Source: a virus (taxonomy: Duplodnaviria; Caudoviricetes). Taken from it: 34,127 nucleotides of DNA. The position numbers were made by a program, and so were the translations under genes. Positions 15,729-24,579 of this stretch are shown one piece after another. The stretch spans positions 1 to 34,127 of IMG/VR virus record IMGVR_UViG_3300046786_000276; one strand, written 5' to 3'. The notes under the pieces are model-generated. The model did not search any database. It had not been told where the DNA came from and saw only the letters and a program-made list of their open reading frames with translations. Within the stretch, counting starts at the first letter, position 1. The number at the start of each line of letters is the position of its first letter.

Positions 15729-18193
15729 GCGCGGGAGAACTCATGAGCGTGTTGGCGCATGATGTCCACCAGGACAGTCCGCCCTTCGTTGGACCGCGCC
15801 CAATCGTTGAGCCGGGCCGGGTTGTCGAAGACGCCCATGTTGAGAGTGATCGGCCCAGGGGCAGCCGAGGAAGTGAACGCACCAGGATCAGAGGAACCCG
15901 CTGCGGTCATTGCCTGGAGGGTCGACAACCCGATGCGATCCACAGCGTCAGCCGGGACAACGAACTCGCCGCGGTGGACGATACCCGCCACGTCGTTGGG
16001 GTTGCCGTCGCCCGTATAACCACCTTCCCGGAACGCGGCCAGCGACTGAGCCAGAACCATGCCCTGAGCGCCAAGGATGAACCCAGGAGCGGCGGCCGCG
16101 GCTGCACCGTAGGACGCAATCGTCGCCAACGTCGCGGGCGTGGCCCAGACGGCACTCGAAGCAGCAGCAATCGGTACGGTCGCGGCAAGGCTCGCGGCCA
16201 TGATCGACTTGCCGACTGTCGCCATCAGGATCTGGGTCGCCACCCACCGGACACCCATCTGGACGATGGACTGGACAATGGTGGTGAGAATCGTCGTTCC
16301 GATCATCGCAAGGGCCTGGCCCCAGGACATTGTCCCCAGGATCAGGCCGGTGATCCCGTTCGAGATGGACGAGATCGCGGAGTTGAACACGTCCGCAAAA
16401 GTCGACGCCATTTGCTGGGCGACTGTCCCGAACTGGTTTTGCAGTTGGACCACCGTGGCCTGGAAGTTCTGACCAAACGATTGCGGGTCAGGCCCCATGG
16501 ATTGCCGCTGGGTCATCACGCCAACACCCTGGGCTCCGAGTGCCGAAATGCGTCCTTCGATTTGTTGGCGTTCTTCGGCTGTCACTGCCAGTTCGCGCAT
16601 CTGTTCGTAGGCTCGAATCTGGTCAACGATGACCTTGTATTCGGCCTCCAGCAGTTGCTTGCGCTCGCGGAACTTCTGAGCGGAAGTCGTCAGCCAGGAA
16701 CCCTCGGATGCTGCACGTTGCGCGTTGATCTGAGCGATCCGCTCGGTCATCTGCAATTCGACCGCTGCCGTGATCGCCTTCATGTTGGCGGCCTTGGCTT
16801 CTTCGACCGGAGCGGGTCCAGCCGCACCCTTTGCCGCCTCCTTGGTGCGCTTGGTCGAATCTTCGATTTCCTTCAGCAGTTGCAGCAAACGAGCCTTCGC
16901 ACTGACCTGTTTTTCGCTCTCGGTGTTTGACTCACCTTCGGCAGCGATGAAATCCCGGTAACTGGACAGCAACGCATCGACAAGTTCCTTTTGCTTCTCG
17001 GCATTCGCTCGCGCAATCGCAGACCCTGCGGCCAAGGCGTCATCGAAATTGACCGCCGTCTGTTGAACCAGAGGAAGGTTGACCCGCCCCAACGTGGCGA
17101 CGGAAACCGATGCCAGCACCGCGTTGATTGAAGCACGGATTGCGGACCCGATGGCCTGGGCAGCGTAAACCCCGACTGAGTTCCAGTAGCTTTGGAAGAA
17201 CGCGTTGAGTTCGATGAACGCATTGGCTGTTCCGGCGATCAGGGTCATCGTCGCATTGCCGATTGCGTTCGCGACCCGTTGATCTGTGAAAAAATCAACG
17301 ACCTTGGAACTCAGTTCCTTGAAAGCCTCGGTGCCGATTTCGACACCCGCTTCGATGGTCAGACCAATGATTTCGGAAAACCGACCATCCTGCCATGAGC
17401 GAATCGCCAACGTGACCCATGCGCTGATTTTGGAGCCGACGTCTTCAATGACAGGAATCAGGGCAGCGATCCCGATCTTCAGCGCGTCAAACAACGGCTT
17501 GCCGATATCGGCCAGGGCCATGTTGAACGTGTCCTTGAGAGTTGAAAGCAACCCGCTGAACGTCTGCGACTGGTCAGCCATTGCGCCACCCAGGCGGCCA
17601 AACGTGTCCCGAAGGATCGTCATGGCCTCACCGGCTCCCTGACCAGACTCGGCCAGGTCGTTGAGCTTGCGGGCGGTGGTGCCTGAGATCAGGCCCATTT
17701 CGATGAGTCGCAACGTGGCCTCACCGACAGGCGTCCCAGACTGGAGTCCGGCGTACAAGCGACCGACCCACATGGCGACTTCCTCCAGCGGGCGACCAGT
17801 CGCGGCGGCGGCGTCACCGACTAGGCGGAGACCATCACCGGATGCCAACGCGCCGTTGGTCAGACTCTGGAGAACCTTCGAAGCCTGGACGATCTCAGGA
17901 AGCTCGAACGGGGTCTGGGCGGCGAACTTGGCCAACTCGGCCATCCGCCGGCTTGCGGCCTCGGCGTTTCCCAGCAAGGTCTTGAATGCGACCCCCTGTT
18001 GCTCCAACTGGGCGTTGAATCGGACGGACTGCTGGATCGCAGCGTTGAGCCCCATCACGCCACCGACGGCCGCAGCGATGCCGGCCAGCGCCCCCTTCAG
18101 ATTCGACGCGGCAGCACCGATGGCCTTGAGGCCCGCGTTTACTTCCGCGGACCCCTGCATCCCGATTTTGATCCGTAGATTCGTGTCTGCCAT
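15725..18193 (-). CDS. Tail tape measure protein
   Basis: 822 aa, Ala-rich and helical; FAAQTPFEL N-terminal motif; C-terminal FREGGYTG...GIVHRGEFVV. Confidence 0.92.
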   Translation of the reverse strand: MADTNLRIKIGMQGSAEVNAGLKAIGAAASNLKGALAGIAAAVGGVMGLNAAIQQSVRFNAQLEQQGVAFKTLLGNAEAASRRMAELAKFAAQTPFELPEIVQASKVLQSLTNGALASGDGLRLVGDAAAATGRPLEEVAMWVGRLYAGLQSGTPVGEATLRLIEMGLISGTTARKLNDLAESGQGAGEAMTILRDTFGRLGGAMADQSQTFSGLLSTLKDTFNMALADIGKPLFDALKIGIAALIPVIEDVGSKISAWVTLAIRSWQDGRFSEIIGLTIEAGVEIGTEAFKELSSKVVDFFTDQRVANAIGNATMTLIAGTANAFIELNAFFQSYWNSVGVYAAQAIGSAIRASINAVLASVSVATLGRVNLPLVQQTAVNFDDALAAGSAIARANAEKQKELVDALLSSYRDFIAAEGESNTESEKQVSAKARLLQLLKEIEDSTKRTKEAAKGAAGPAPVEEAKAANMKAITAAVELQMTERIAQINAQRAASEGSWLTTSAQKFRERKQLLEAEYKVIVDQIRAYEQMRELAVTAEERQQIEGRISALGAQGVGVMTQRQSMGPDPQSFGQNFQATVVQLQNQFGTVAQQMASTFADVFNSAISSISNGITGLILGTMSWGQALAMIGTTILTTIVQSIVQMGVRWVATQILMATVGKSIMAASLAATVPIAAASSAVWATPATLATIASYGAAAAAAPGFILGAQGMVLAQSLAAFREGGYTGDGNPNDVAGIVHRGEFVVPADAVDRIGLSTLQAMTAAGSSDPGAFTSSAAPGPITLNMGVFDNPARLNDWARSNEGRTVLVDIMRQHAHEFSRA

Positions 18194-18194
18194 G

Positions 18195-18455
18195 TCAGCC
18201 GCCTTTCGCTTGTTTCGTCAGTTGCTTCTGGAGGCGTTCCAACACGGTCCGCCCTTCCTTTGCAACCGTCGCAGCCGTTGCCGCGTAAGTTGTGTGCAGA
18301 TTGAGCAGCCCCGCCCCCGCGTCAATGCGCGAGGCCGCAGCCGCCAAAAGCCGCAACTGGCCCGGACTGTGTTCGACGGCCTGGGCGAGCGTCAGACCAC
18401 AGCGCACCGCGCACTCTGCGACCCAGTCGGCGAGGCTGACAGCAACTGCTTGCCC
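18195..18455 (-). CDS. Tail assembly chaperone C-terminal extension (gpT-like, -1 frame)
   Basis: Open -1 frame overlapping the chaperone 3' end and ending 1 nt before the tape measure start; 5' boundary inferred. Confidence 0.6.
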   Translation of the reverse strand, partial: GQAVAVSLADWVAECAVRCGLTLAQAVEHSPGQLRLLAAAASRIDAGAGLLNLHTTYAATAATVAKEGRTVLERLQKQLTKQAKGG

Positions 18456-18772
18456 AGCTCTCCGCTTGATCCCGGAACCAGTTGCTCCTGTCGCTGCACT
18501 CTGCGACGGAGCCACGCGGAAAAAGAATCGGAGTTGAGGCCCTCCCCGGCCTCCAGAAGCTCGACGTGCGAGTCGGGTCTGATTTTGTCCGCCCACCCAG
18601 CCGGTTTGTCGGCAATGAGTTCCAATCGGGCGGCCTCGTCGTCGATGGTGGCGAGGTATTGCGGCAGGGCTCGAACGGGCAGTTGCCGCAGGGTCACGAT
18701 CTCCTGGGTTCCGTCGAGGTGGTAGGCGACAATCTGTTTGCCGCCCATCAGTGTGGCCATGCTGTCAGTCAT
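18392..18772 (-). CDS. Tail assembly chaperone (gpG-like)
   Basis: 126 aa upstream of the tape measure gene, with an overlapping -1 ORF. Confidence 0.65.
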   Translation of the reverse strand: MTDSMATLMGGKQIVAYHLDGTQEIVTLRQLPVRALPQYLATIDDEAARLELIADKPAGWADKIRPDSHVELLEAGEGLNSDSFSAWLRRRVQRQEQLVPGSSGELGKQLLSASPTGSQSARCAVV

Positions 18773-18781
18773 GGGTTTTCT

Positions 18782-19012
18782 TTAGGGTTTGGTTTCTTGT
18801 TGAGGCCCGGGACCGGCGAACCAGCCTTCGGGCAGAGTTACTTTCCGGGTCAGCGTCCACCGGCCGTCAATGAAGACGTAGACCGGCCCGCGCACTCCCG
18901 GCCCAAGGCGGACGACGTCAGCCCTGGGGTCGATCATCACCGCCCTTGTCCCGCAACCGGCCACGAAGCCAAGTGTCCCAACCGCGGCGAACCTCTGGAG
19001 GAGTTTCAGCAT
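18782..19012 (-). CDS. Lipoprotein, o-spanin-like
   Basis: Signal peptide MLKLLQRFAAVGTLGFVAG-C lipobox; Pro-rich; overlaps an upstream membrane ORF. Confidence 0.6.
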   Translation of the reverse strand: MLKLLQRFAAVGTLGFVAGCGTRAVMIDPRADVVRLGPGVRGPVYVFIDGRWTLTRKVTLPEGWFAGPGPQQETKP

Positions 19013-19091
19013 TTTGCGCGGTCGGGTTTTCCTTGGTCAGGCCGTAGAGGAACTTTACCAGGGCGGTGATGATCTGTTCGACCCAATTCAC
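18918..19091 (-). CDS. Small protein, i-spanin-like
   Basis: My own translation from GTG: MNWVEQIITALVKFLYGLTKENPTAQNAETPPEVRRGWDTWLRGRLRDKGGDDRPQG (57 aa); GTGA overlap with the holin-like gene; overlaps the lipoprotein ORF. Confidence 0.5.
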   Translation of the reverse strand: MNWVEQIITALVKFLYGLTKENPTAQNAETPPEVRRGWDTWLRGRLRDKGGDDRPQG

Positions 19092-19300
19092 GCCTTGGGT
19101 TCGGTAGGCTCGGGCAGTTTGGCGGCCTGGGTGGGCTTGGCATCCTTGGCAGCGATGAGGCCGATGCCGGCAGTCACCGCGGCGATGGTCGCGCCAATGT
19201 CCACGTTGGTTGTCGGGTCGCCATCGAAGATCGCCTTCAGGGCGAATCCAACAGCGGCCATGATAGAGCCGATTCCGGCCAGAGTGGTTTTCACGTTCAT
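19088..19300 (-). CDS. Holin-like two-TM protein
   Basis: KTTLAGIGSIMAAVGFAL and IGATIAAVTAGIGLIAAKD hydrophobic helices. Confidence 0.6.
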   Translation of the reverse strand: MNVKTTLAGIGSIMAAVGFALKAIFDGDPTTNVDIGATIAAVTAGIGLIAAKDAKPTQAAKLPEPTEPKA

Positions 19301-19304
19301 GGGG

Positions 19305-19481
19305 TCAGTCTTTCTTTCGCAGCAGTCGGTAGAGCATCACACAAGCGATGATGCACGTCACGATGGAACCGACAGACGAGGCGAACTCGCCCAACGGTTT
19401 GAGCCACCCCATGATCGCAGACATCAGCCCGGACCCAATGCCGATAGAACCGTCTCGGATTTCGTGGTGGTTCGTCGTCAT
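19305..19481 (-). CDS. Small membrane protein, holin/antiholin-like
   Basis: My own translation: MTTNHHEIRDGSIGIGSGLMSAIMGWLKPLGEFASSVGSIVTCIIACVMLYRLLRKKD (58 aa), basic C-terminus. Confidence 0.6.
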   Translation of the reverse strand: MTTNHHEIRDGSIGIGSGLMSAIMGWLKPLGEFASSVGSIVTCIIACVMLYRLLRKKD

Positions 19482-19487
19482 CGCAGC

Positions 19488-19733
19488 TTAGTTTTTGACG
19501 GGTTCCTCGGTCTTTGCAGCAGCCTTTGCAGCCTCCTCGGCTTCCTTCGCTTTGACAGCGGCTTGCATGAACTTCTCGGCCAGAGGAAGAACCTCCTTGG
19601 CGAGCGGCAAACCGCCGTTTCTGACGGTCCACTCGAAGATGTCCAAAGCCTTTTGGGCCTCGGCCTCGGTGAACTTCAGAACGAAGATTTTGACGGTGGC
19701 GGGTTTCGGGGTGAGTGCAGGGGCGTTTTCCAT
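19488..19733 (-). CDS. Hypothetical protein
   Basis: Real start MENAPALTPKP (ATG 19733), 81 aa. Confidence 0.6.
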   Translation of the reverse strand: MENAPALTPKPATVKIFVLKFTEAEAQKALDIFEWTVRNGGLPLAKEVLPLAEKFMQAAVKAKEAEEAAKAAAKTEEPVKN

Positions 19734-19734
19734 G

Positions 19735-20076
19735 TCAGTTTTCGGAGGAAGTCTCCGTGACGATTTCAACCTCCGAGGTTGACTCTGTCGAGACCGAAGC
19801 ATCGACGACAGGCTCCTCGACGACGATGACCTCGGGCTCCGGGATCGGATGCGCCGCGGCGTAGGCTGCAATGACCTCGGGAGTCCACAACGCGGTGGCA
19901 ATGCGGACAGCATCGGCCGGATTGCCTTCGAGCGAATCACCCGGGGCAAGGTCGTAGGTTCCCACCGGCTCCACGGAGACCTGCACTCCGTCCTTGAGAT
20001 ACGCGATGGTCTCCTGAACCAGGAGGCTGCAATCAGGCCGCACGGTGACGGCGCAGAGTGTCTTGGTTTCGATCAT
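19735..20076 (-). CDS. Tail-fibre-associated small protein (paralog 2)
   Basis: LAPGDSLEGNPADAVRIATALWTPEVIAAY. Confidence 0.6.
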   Translation of the reverse strand: MIETKTLCAVTVRPDCSLLVQETIAYLKDGVQVSVEPVGTYDLAPGDSLEGNPADAVRIATALWTPEVIAAYAAAHPIPEPEVIVVEEPVVDASVSTESTSEVEIVTETSSEN

Positions 20077-20079
20077 GGG

Positions 20080-20337
20080 TCAGGCTCCGATGGGGTTTTG
20101 GTTGGCTGCGACCTGGGCCTCGTAGGCAGCGACCACCTCGGGCGTCCAGATAGCGTTGGCAATCGCAACAACCTGCTCGGGCTGACCTGTGAGGTCAGAT
20201 CCGGGAGTCAGACAGTAACGATTGTAAGTCGATGCCTTGACGACATCGCCGTCCACGATCTGGTTCTCCAGACGAACTTGCAACGTGGTGTTAGGAAGAA
20301 CCTCGCAAAGCGAGAATATGGTGCGTTCGGTGAGCAT
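20080..20337 (-). CDS. Tail-fibre-associated small protein (paralog 1)
   Basis: LTPGSDLTGQPEQVVAIANAIWTPEVVAAY; this family commonly follows DYEEGTW-type fibres. Confidence 0.65.
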   Translation of the reverse strand: MLTERTIFSLCEVLPNTTLQVRLENQIVDGDVVKASTYNRYCLTPGSDLTGQPEQVVAIANAIWTPEVVAAYEAQVAANQNPIGA

Positions 20338-20341
20338 AAGA

Positions 20342-21397
20342 TTAGACGGTGTAGGTGAGTTGCATGTAAAGTGCGCGTCCAGCTCCGGCGTTATGCGTTA
20401 CGCTAGAAATCGGCCCATTACTGTTTGAAGAGTACAACTCAATAGTTGTAACAAATGATCCAAGAAATGCTATTGGCGATCCAGTGAAAGTTCCCATGGT
20501 ATCCATAAGAATCGCTCCCGGTCGAGCGATGCTCACATTTGAAGTAAATGGAAGTCCCGAGACAGTTATGCGACTAGATGCTCCGGTTGTGTCTCCATAA
20601 AACCCGATTTCAATAGAAACCTGACGACCAATCTTTGTGTATCTTCCGGTTGAAGTTACTGGCGTAGTTGGATTTCCAGTTGTTCCACCAATCGTCCCAG
20701 TCCAAGTCCCCTCCTCGTAATCGTTGAGCAACTCGGAGGTCGCGCCGGCCGCGTTTGAATTGACCGAAAAGTCGATTCCCTTGTTGGCCGTGCCGAACCC
20801 AATGTTTCCGATGTTCGCAGTAAGGTTTCCGTTTGCGTCAATCGAAAGCGTGTTTTGGGTCGCCTTGGTGTTGGAGGCCTGTTGGTGGTTGTAAAGACGC
20901 ACCATGCCGGAGGCTTCAACACCGAGGTAGGCCACGCCGTGAGTGCCAGCCGTTCCTGTCCAGCGACGAAGATCAAGGCCAGGGGAAACGTTATCGTTGT
21001 TGAGCAGCGCACCGATCAGCGAACCTCCACCTCCAGCAAAAGATGGATCGACAGCAGCAATGATTCCTCCAGCATTAATTTTGTACGGAAACGCTGTAAG
21101 TGGAACACTTACACCAAGGTTTCCATTGACGTCAAACAAGCCAGCCAGCGTTCCATTGTTTACATTGAAACGAATTGATCCAGAAGCCGGAGAGTTGATA
21201 TTCGTACTGCCAACGCTACTTCCGTATGTAGCACCACCGCTTGAACCATCCCGACCGATCAGCGCACCCTGTCCTGACACGCCTCCGGTGATTTGAACAG
21301 TTGAGTTGACAGTGACCTGGCTATTAAACGTAGCGGCACCGACCACCGTCAGCGGGCCGTTGATGTAGTCGCCCGGTTTTTGAATGTTCCAGCTCAT
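20342..21397 (-). CDS. Tail fibre / receptor-binding protein
   Basis: Gly/Thr/Asn-rich, GNLG-type repeats, C-terminal LLNDYEEGTWT...GRYTKIGRQV...ITVSGLPF domain. Confidence 0.8.
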   Translation of the reverse strand: MSWNIQKPGDYINGPLTVVGAATFNSQVTVNSTVQITGGVSGQGALIGRDGSSGGATYGSSVGSTNINSPASGSIRFNVNNGTLAGLFDVNGNLGVSVPLTAFPYKINAGGIIAAVDPSFAGGGGSLIGALLNNDNVSPGLDLRRWTGTAGTHGVAYLGVEASGMVRLYNHQQASNTKATQNTLSIDANGNLTANIGNIGFGTANKGIDFSVNSNAAGATSELLNDYEEGTWTGTIGGTTGNPTTPVTSTGRYTKIGRQVSIEIGFYGDTTGASSRITVSGLPFTSNVSIARPGAILMDTMGTFTGSPIAFLGSFVTTIELYSSNSNGPISSVTHNAGAGRALYMQLTYTV

Positions 21398-21400
21398 GTT

Positions 21401-21685
21401 TTAGGCCTCCTGAATTACAAGGTTTTTGGTTCCGGTCCCGCCGTGAATGGCGTAGATCGCGTAGTTGTTGCCGGTGAACCGGCCCGAAATGTCCGTGGAC
21501 ATGATGGTGTCCCACGGTGCGAGGCGGATTCCCGGGCTGGCTCCGGCGTCGGTAGTCACCGCGGCGGTGCCATCGAACGAGAGGAAGATCGGGGTGTCCG
21601 ACTGGTTTTGAATCATCAGCCACTGCCTTTCGGTGGCTGCATCGACGAGGGTGGCGGTCGTCGCCACGGCAATTTTGGTGATCAT
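21401..21685 (-). CDS. Small beta-rich virion protein
   Basis: RQWLMIQNQSDTPIFLSF...GIRLAP pattern of small jelly-roll decoration/spike-base proteins. Confidence 0.55.
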   Translation of the reverse strand: MITKIAVATTATLVDAATERQWLMIQNQSDTPIFLSFDGTAAVTTDAGASPGIRLAPWDTIMSTDISGRFTGNNYAIYAIHGGTGTKNLVIQEA

Positions 21686-21689
21686 GGGA

Positions 21690-22859
21690 TCAAAGGATTT
21701 TCCACTTGGTTCCGGTGTAACTCAGCACAAGGACCGCGTCGTTGCGGTTGATGATGTAAGACGTTTGACCTGCCGTCTCGATGTCTTTTGTTCCGGCGTT
21801 GACCGTGACCGCGTAGGTCGCAGCCTGGCCGGTGATGTCCGCGATTTCGATTCGCTGGGCCAGACTGCCAGGGTCGGGCAGCGTGATCGTGACGGGAGCG
21901 AGTCGGGCTCCAACCTGAACAAGGTAATTGGTCCCAGCGGTGAGCGTCGCCAGGTGGGTGACAGCCGTCGGGCTTGCGGGCGTGGTAATACCAGCCACCG
22001 GGCTTGTCTCGCCCTGGAGAACCAGCGCGGTTGCCGGAGTGTTGTCGAACGCCGTGGACAGGCTCGGGGTCTTGCCATCCGGCGTGGAATTGACGAACGA
22101 CTGAGACAACGAGGGCATCACCGGGACCGGCTGGGTGTTATCAAACGCGGTCGCGTTGCTCGGAGTCTTTGTATCCGGCGGCGTGTTATCGAATGGATTG
22201 TCCTCGGCACCCACGTCCAGGCTCGACACCGTGATCTGCGAAAACGTGATCGCAGACGATCCAACGGTGACCACAGTTGAGGTCAGTTGCCACCAGGTAT
22301 TCGCAGAGGTTCCACCAGTGACGTTGACCACCAACTCGACAGGGAACTCATTTGGGGCATCGAATAGGCTCAGACGGACAAGTCCGGCCTCGTAAAGGCT
22401 GTCTGACTGGCTTTGACCGGCAGGGCCTTGGAACGTCAAGGAACCAGCCCCAGACGCAGCAATGAAGCCAGCGACTGTCAGGGTCTCGGTTCCATTCGTG
22501 ACGTTGTAGCCGTTCTGCGGTATCCAGTAATACAGGCGGCCAGCAACCAGGGTGGTGACTGTTTTGGTTCCAGCACCAAACGAATCGGTGATGGCAACCG
22601 AAACCGCTCCAGCCCCGGTGACGTAGATGCCGTTTTGAGCCGGAGTCGATTGGGCGGTCAGCAGGACAGCCCGATTCGAGACAGTGGCAAGCGTTCCCTG
22701 CAGACTGACACCATCAAAAGTCGAGGTGAGAGTCGAGCCAATGCTTTGATTCGACTGCGCCCGGACGGCTGCGGTGAACCTGGAAGGCACACCGTAAGCC
22801 GCCGGGCTTGTGTTGGACCACGCCGCGGCCAGGCCGGGCGTAATAGGATCGGCTGGCAT
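21690..22859 (-). CDS. Fibre/decoration-type structural protein with internal 16-aa repeats
   Basis: AVLLTAQSTPAQNGIYV motif; FDNT repeats; C-terminal VTITLPDP...LVLSYTGTKWKIL module. Confidence 0.65.
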   Translation of the reverse strand: MPADPITPGLAAAWSNTSPAAYGVPSRFTAAVRAQSNQSIGSTLTSTFDGVSLQGTLATVSNRAVLLTAQSTPAQNGIYVTGAGAVSVAITDSFGAGTKTVTTLVAGRLYYWIPQNGYNVTNGTETLTVAGFIAASGAGSLTFQGPAGQSQSDSLYEAGLVRLSLFDAPNEFPVELVVNVTGGTSANTWWQLTSTVVTVGSSAITFSQITVSSLDVGAEDNPFDNTPPDTKTPSNATAFDNTQPVPVMPSLSQSFVNSTPDGKTPSLSTAFDNTPATALVLQGETSPVAGITTPASPTAVTHLATLTAGTNYLVQVGARLAPVTITLPDPGSLAQRIEIADITGQAATYAVTVNAGTKDIETAGQTSYIINRNDAVLVLSYTGTKWKIL

Positions 22860-22871
22860 GGCGTGTTGCGA

Positions 22872-23405
22872 TTAGGCGAGGGTGCCGGTGTTCAGCGTAG
22901 AGTGGAGAACGCGAGCCTCGAACTGGGCAGTCACCACATTATCGCCGAAGGTAATTTCCCCGGAGACCTTGATCTGAACGTACACGTCCACCGTGTTGAC
23001 GATGGCATCGCTCTGGTTGTACTGCTGGAGCTTGAGCCATCCCTTTTTGGTCGCGCCTTCGAGCGGGTTGTACTGGGTCGAAGCGTTGGTCAGGGCCAGC
23101 GTCCCGAAGATCAATTCGAACGCCAGCGGGCTGAGTTCCTGAGCGGTCAGGTTGATCGAAAGCTGACGCTTGGTTTCGATGACGTCGTACAAGCGCATCA
23201 CGCCCGGGGTCGGGGCGAAGATGTCGCGCTCCTCGCGTTCATGCTGCATGGTCGCCTCGGACAGGATACCGAGGTCGATCCAGCCAGTGTCAGCGGCTCC
23301 GGGCTTGGAGGTGCGGCCAGCAGTGCCAGCAGAGGGGACGGTGAAGCTCGCGCCATCGCGGAAGAAAAACCCGTGATTGCCGAGGATGACTGGGGCGGTG
23401 TTCAT
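22872..23405 (-). CDS. Major tail tube protein (putative)
   Basis: 177 aa, beta-rich, WIDLG motif, follows the tail-terminator position. Confidence 0.65.
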   Translation of the reverse strand: MNTAPVILGNHGFFFRDGASFTVPSAGTAGRTSKPGAADTGWIDLGILSEATMQHEREERDIFAPTPGVMRLYDVIETKRQLSINLTAQELSPLAFELIFGTLALTNASTQYNPLEGATKKGWLKLQQYNQSDAIVNTVDVYVQIKVSGEITFGDNVVTAQFEARVLHSTLNTGTLA

Positions 23406-23417
23406 GGTTGGTTGGGA

Positions 23418-23870
23418 TCAGTTGAGGGTGGAGAGTTTGGTGAAAAGCAAATGGTAACCCAGGAGGCCGGTGTCGTTTACAGCGATCTGCATGAAGTCGT
23501 CAACGGTCTCGAACCGTCGATCTCCAGCGGTCGCCGGAACCCACGACAAAACGGCCTGACTGGCTGCTGCGACAGCCGAATAAATGTTCCTGTTCGCTCC
23601 GCCAACCGATGCGTTGACGTGCGGGTTGATCAGCACCCGGACAGCGATTTCGGCATCCAACAGGAGCTTGCCGGCCCCGAGGTCTCGGCGCATGGCCCGA
23701 AGGATCGGCGGCACGACGACCACGCAGCCAATCGACCGCAACTGGGTTTCAATCGCGGAGTCCTGGAGACCATCGTCAGCGATGCAGGTCACAGCCGGGG
23801 ATGCCGTGAAATAGGCATTCGCGGAGATTGCCACAGCGACCGTCGACTGCATGGATGAGAGTGAAAGCAT
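23418..23870 (-). CDS. Tail terminator-like protein
   Basis: Size (150 aa) and synteny. Confidence 0.5.
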   Translation of the reverse strand: MLSLSSMQSTVAVAISANAYFTASPAVTCIADDGLQDSAIETQLRSIGCVVVVPPILRAMRRDLGAGKLLLDAEIAVRVLINPHVNASVGGANRNIYSAVAAASQAVLSWVPATAGDRRFETVDDFMQIAVNDTGLLGYHLLFTKLSTLN

Positions 23871-23874
23871 CGTG

Positions 23875-24579
23875 TCAGATTGCCAACGCCCTGGCGGCCT
23901 CGTTCTGTTTGCGGATGATGTATTCCATCATGTCAGCCCGGGCTTCGTTCAGGGCCGAAGCGATCGCGTTTTGCTGGCGAGGCTTTTGCAGCGACACGGC
24001 CAGGTCACCGGACGACTTGTTGCCACCCCACCGGAATGTGAGGCTGGCGGAGTCTCCGTCGCGCTTGAATCCAACCTGGGAGACCAATCGGTTGTAGCGG
24101 TCCAGGATGCGCTTGCGTTGCTCGCCGAAGCGATCCGCTGCCAATTCCTGAGAAAGGGATTTGTACCTGGACGACAATGCAGAGAATCCACGACCGCTTT
24201 CACGCGCATTGAGTTCTGCACGGACCAGGAGGGCCTGGAGATTCAAACGTTTGCCACCGACGACCTTGGACGCTGCCAGGCGTTTGCCCATGCGGAGCTT
24301 GCGTCCCGCCACGGTCTGAGAAACGCCGAACTTGGCGAAGGTGCGCTGCTTGATCGAATCGCGGACCTTTACACCGCCACCGGCAGCAATCGCAGCCAGG
24401 CGTTCATTGCGGACAACGCCCTTTTTCGGTGCTAGGGCGAGCAGTTTTCGGGACAGCCGCCATCCGAAGTCCGCGCCTTTTTTGGCAACGGCTTCAGACG
24501 CCCCTTTAGATGAAAGGCGGGCGTATTGAGTCAACGCAGCGTTGAACTCGTCCAGGTTGGTCTGGAAGGTCAACGTCAC
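23875..24579 (-). CDS. Neck / tail-completion protein
   Basis: Basic 234-aa protein in the gpZ / HK97 gp10 position. Confidence 0.5.
   Translation of the reverse strand: MTLTFQTNLDEFNAALTQYARLSSKGASEAVAKKGADFGWRLSRKLLALAPKKGVVRNERLAAIAAGGGVKVRDSIKQRTFAKFGVSQTVAGRKLRMGKRLAASKVVGGKRLNLQALLVRAELNARESGRGFSALSSRYKSLSQELAADRFGEQRKRILDRYNRLVSQVGFKRDGDSASLTFRWGGNKSSGDLAVSLQKPRQQNAIASALNEARADMMEYIIRKQNEAARALAI

Noticed and set aside
19297-19632. 111-aa ORF from the track
   Set aside because: It overlaps two better-supported genes (19488-19733 and 19305-19481) in other frames.
20342-21397. Diversity-generating retroelement target in the fibre gene
   Set aside because: No reverse transcriptase and no template/variable repeat pair seen in the window.
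22413-23858. Long plus-strand ORFs (481 aa here; also 15716-16930, 17661-18725, 27802-28800, 7519-8271)
   Set aside because: Antisense shadows of GC-rich, codon-biased minus-strand genes; no recognisable motifs.
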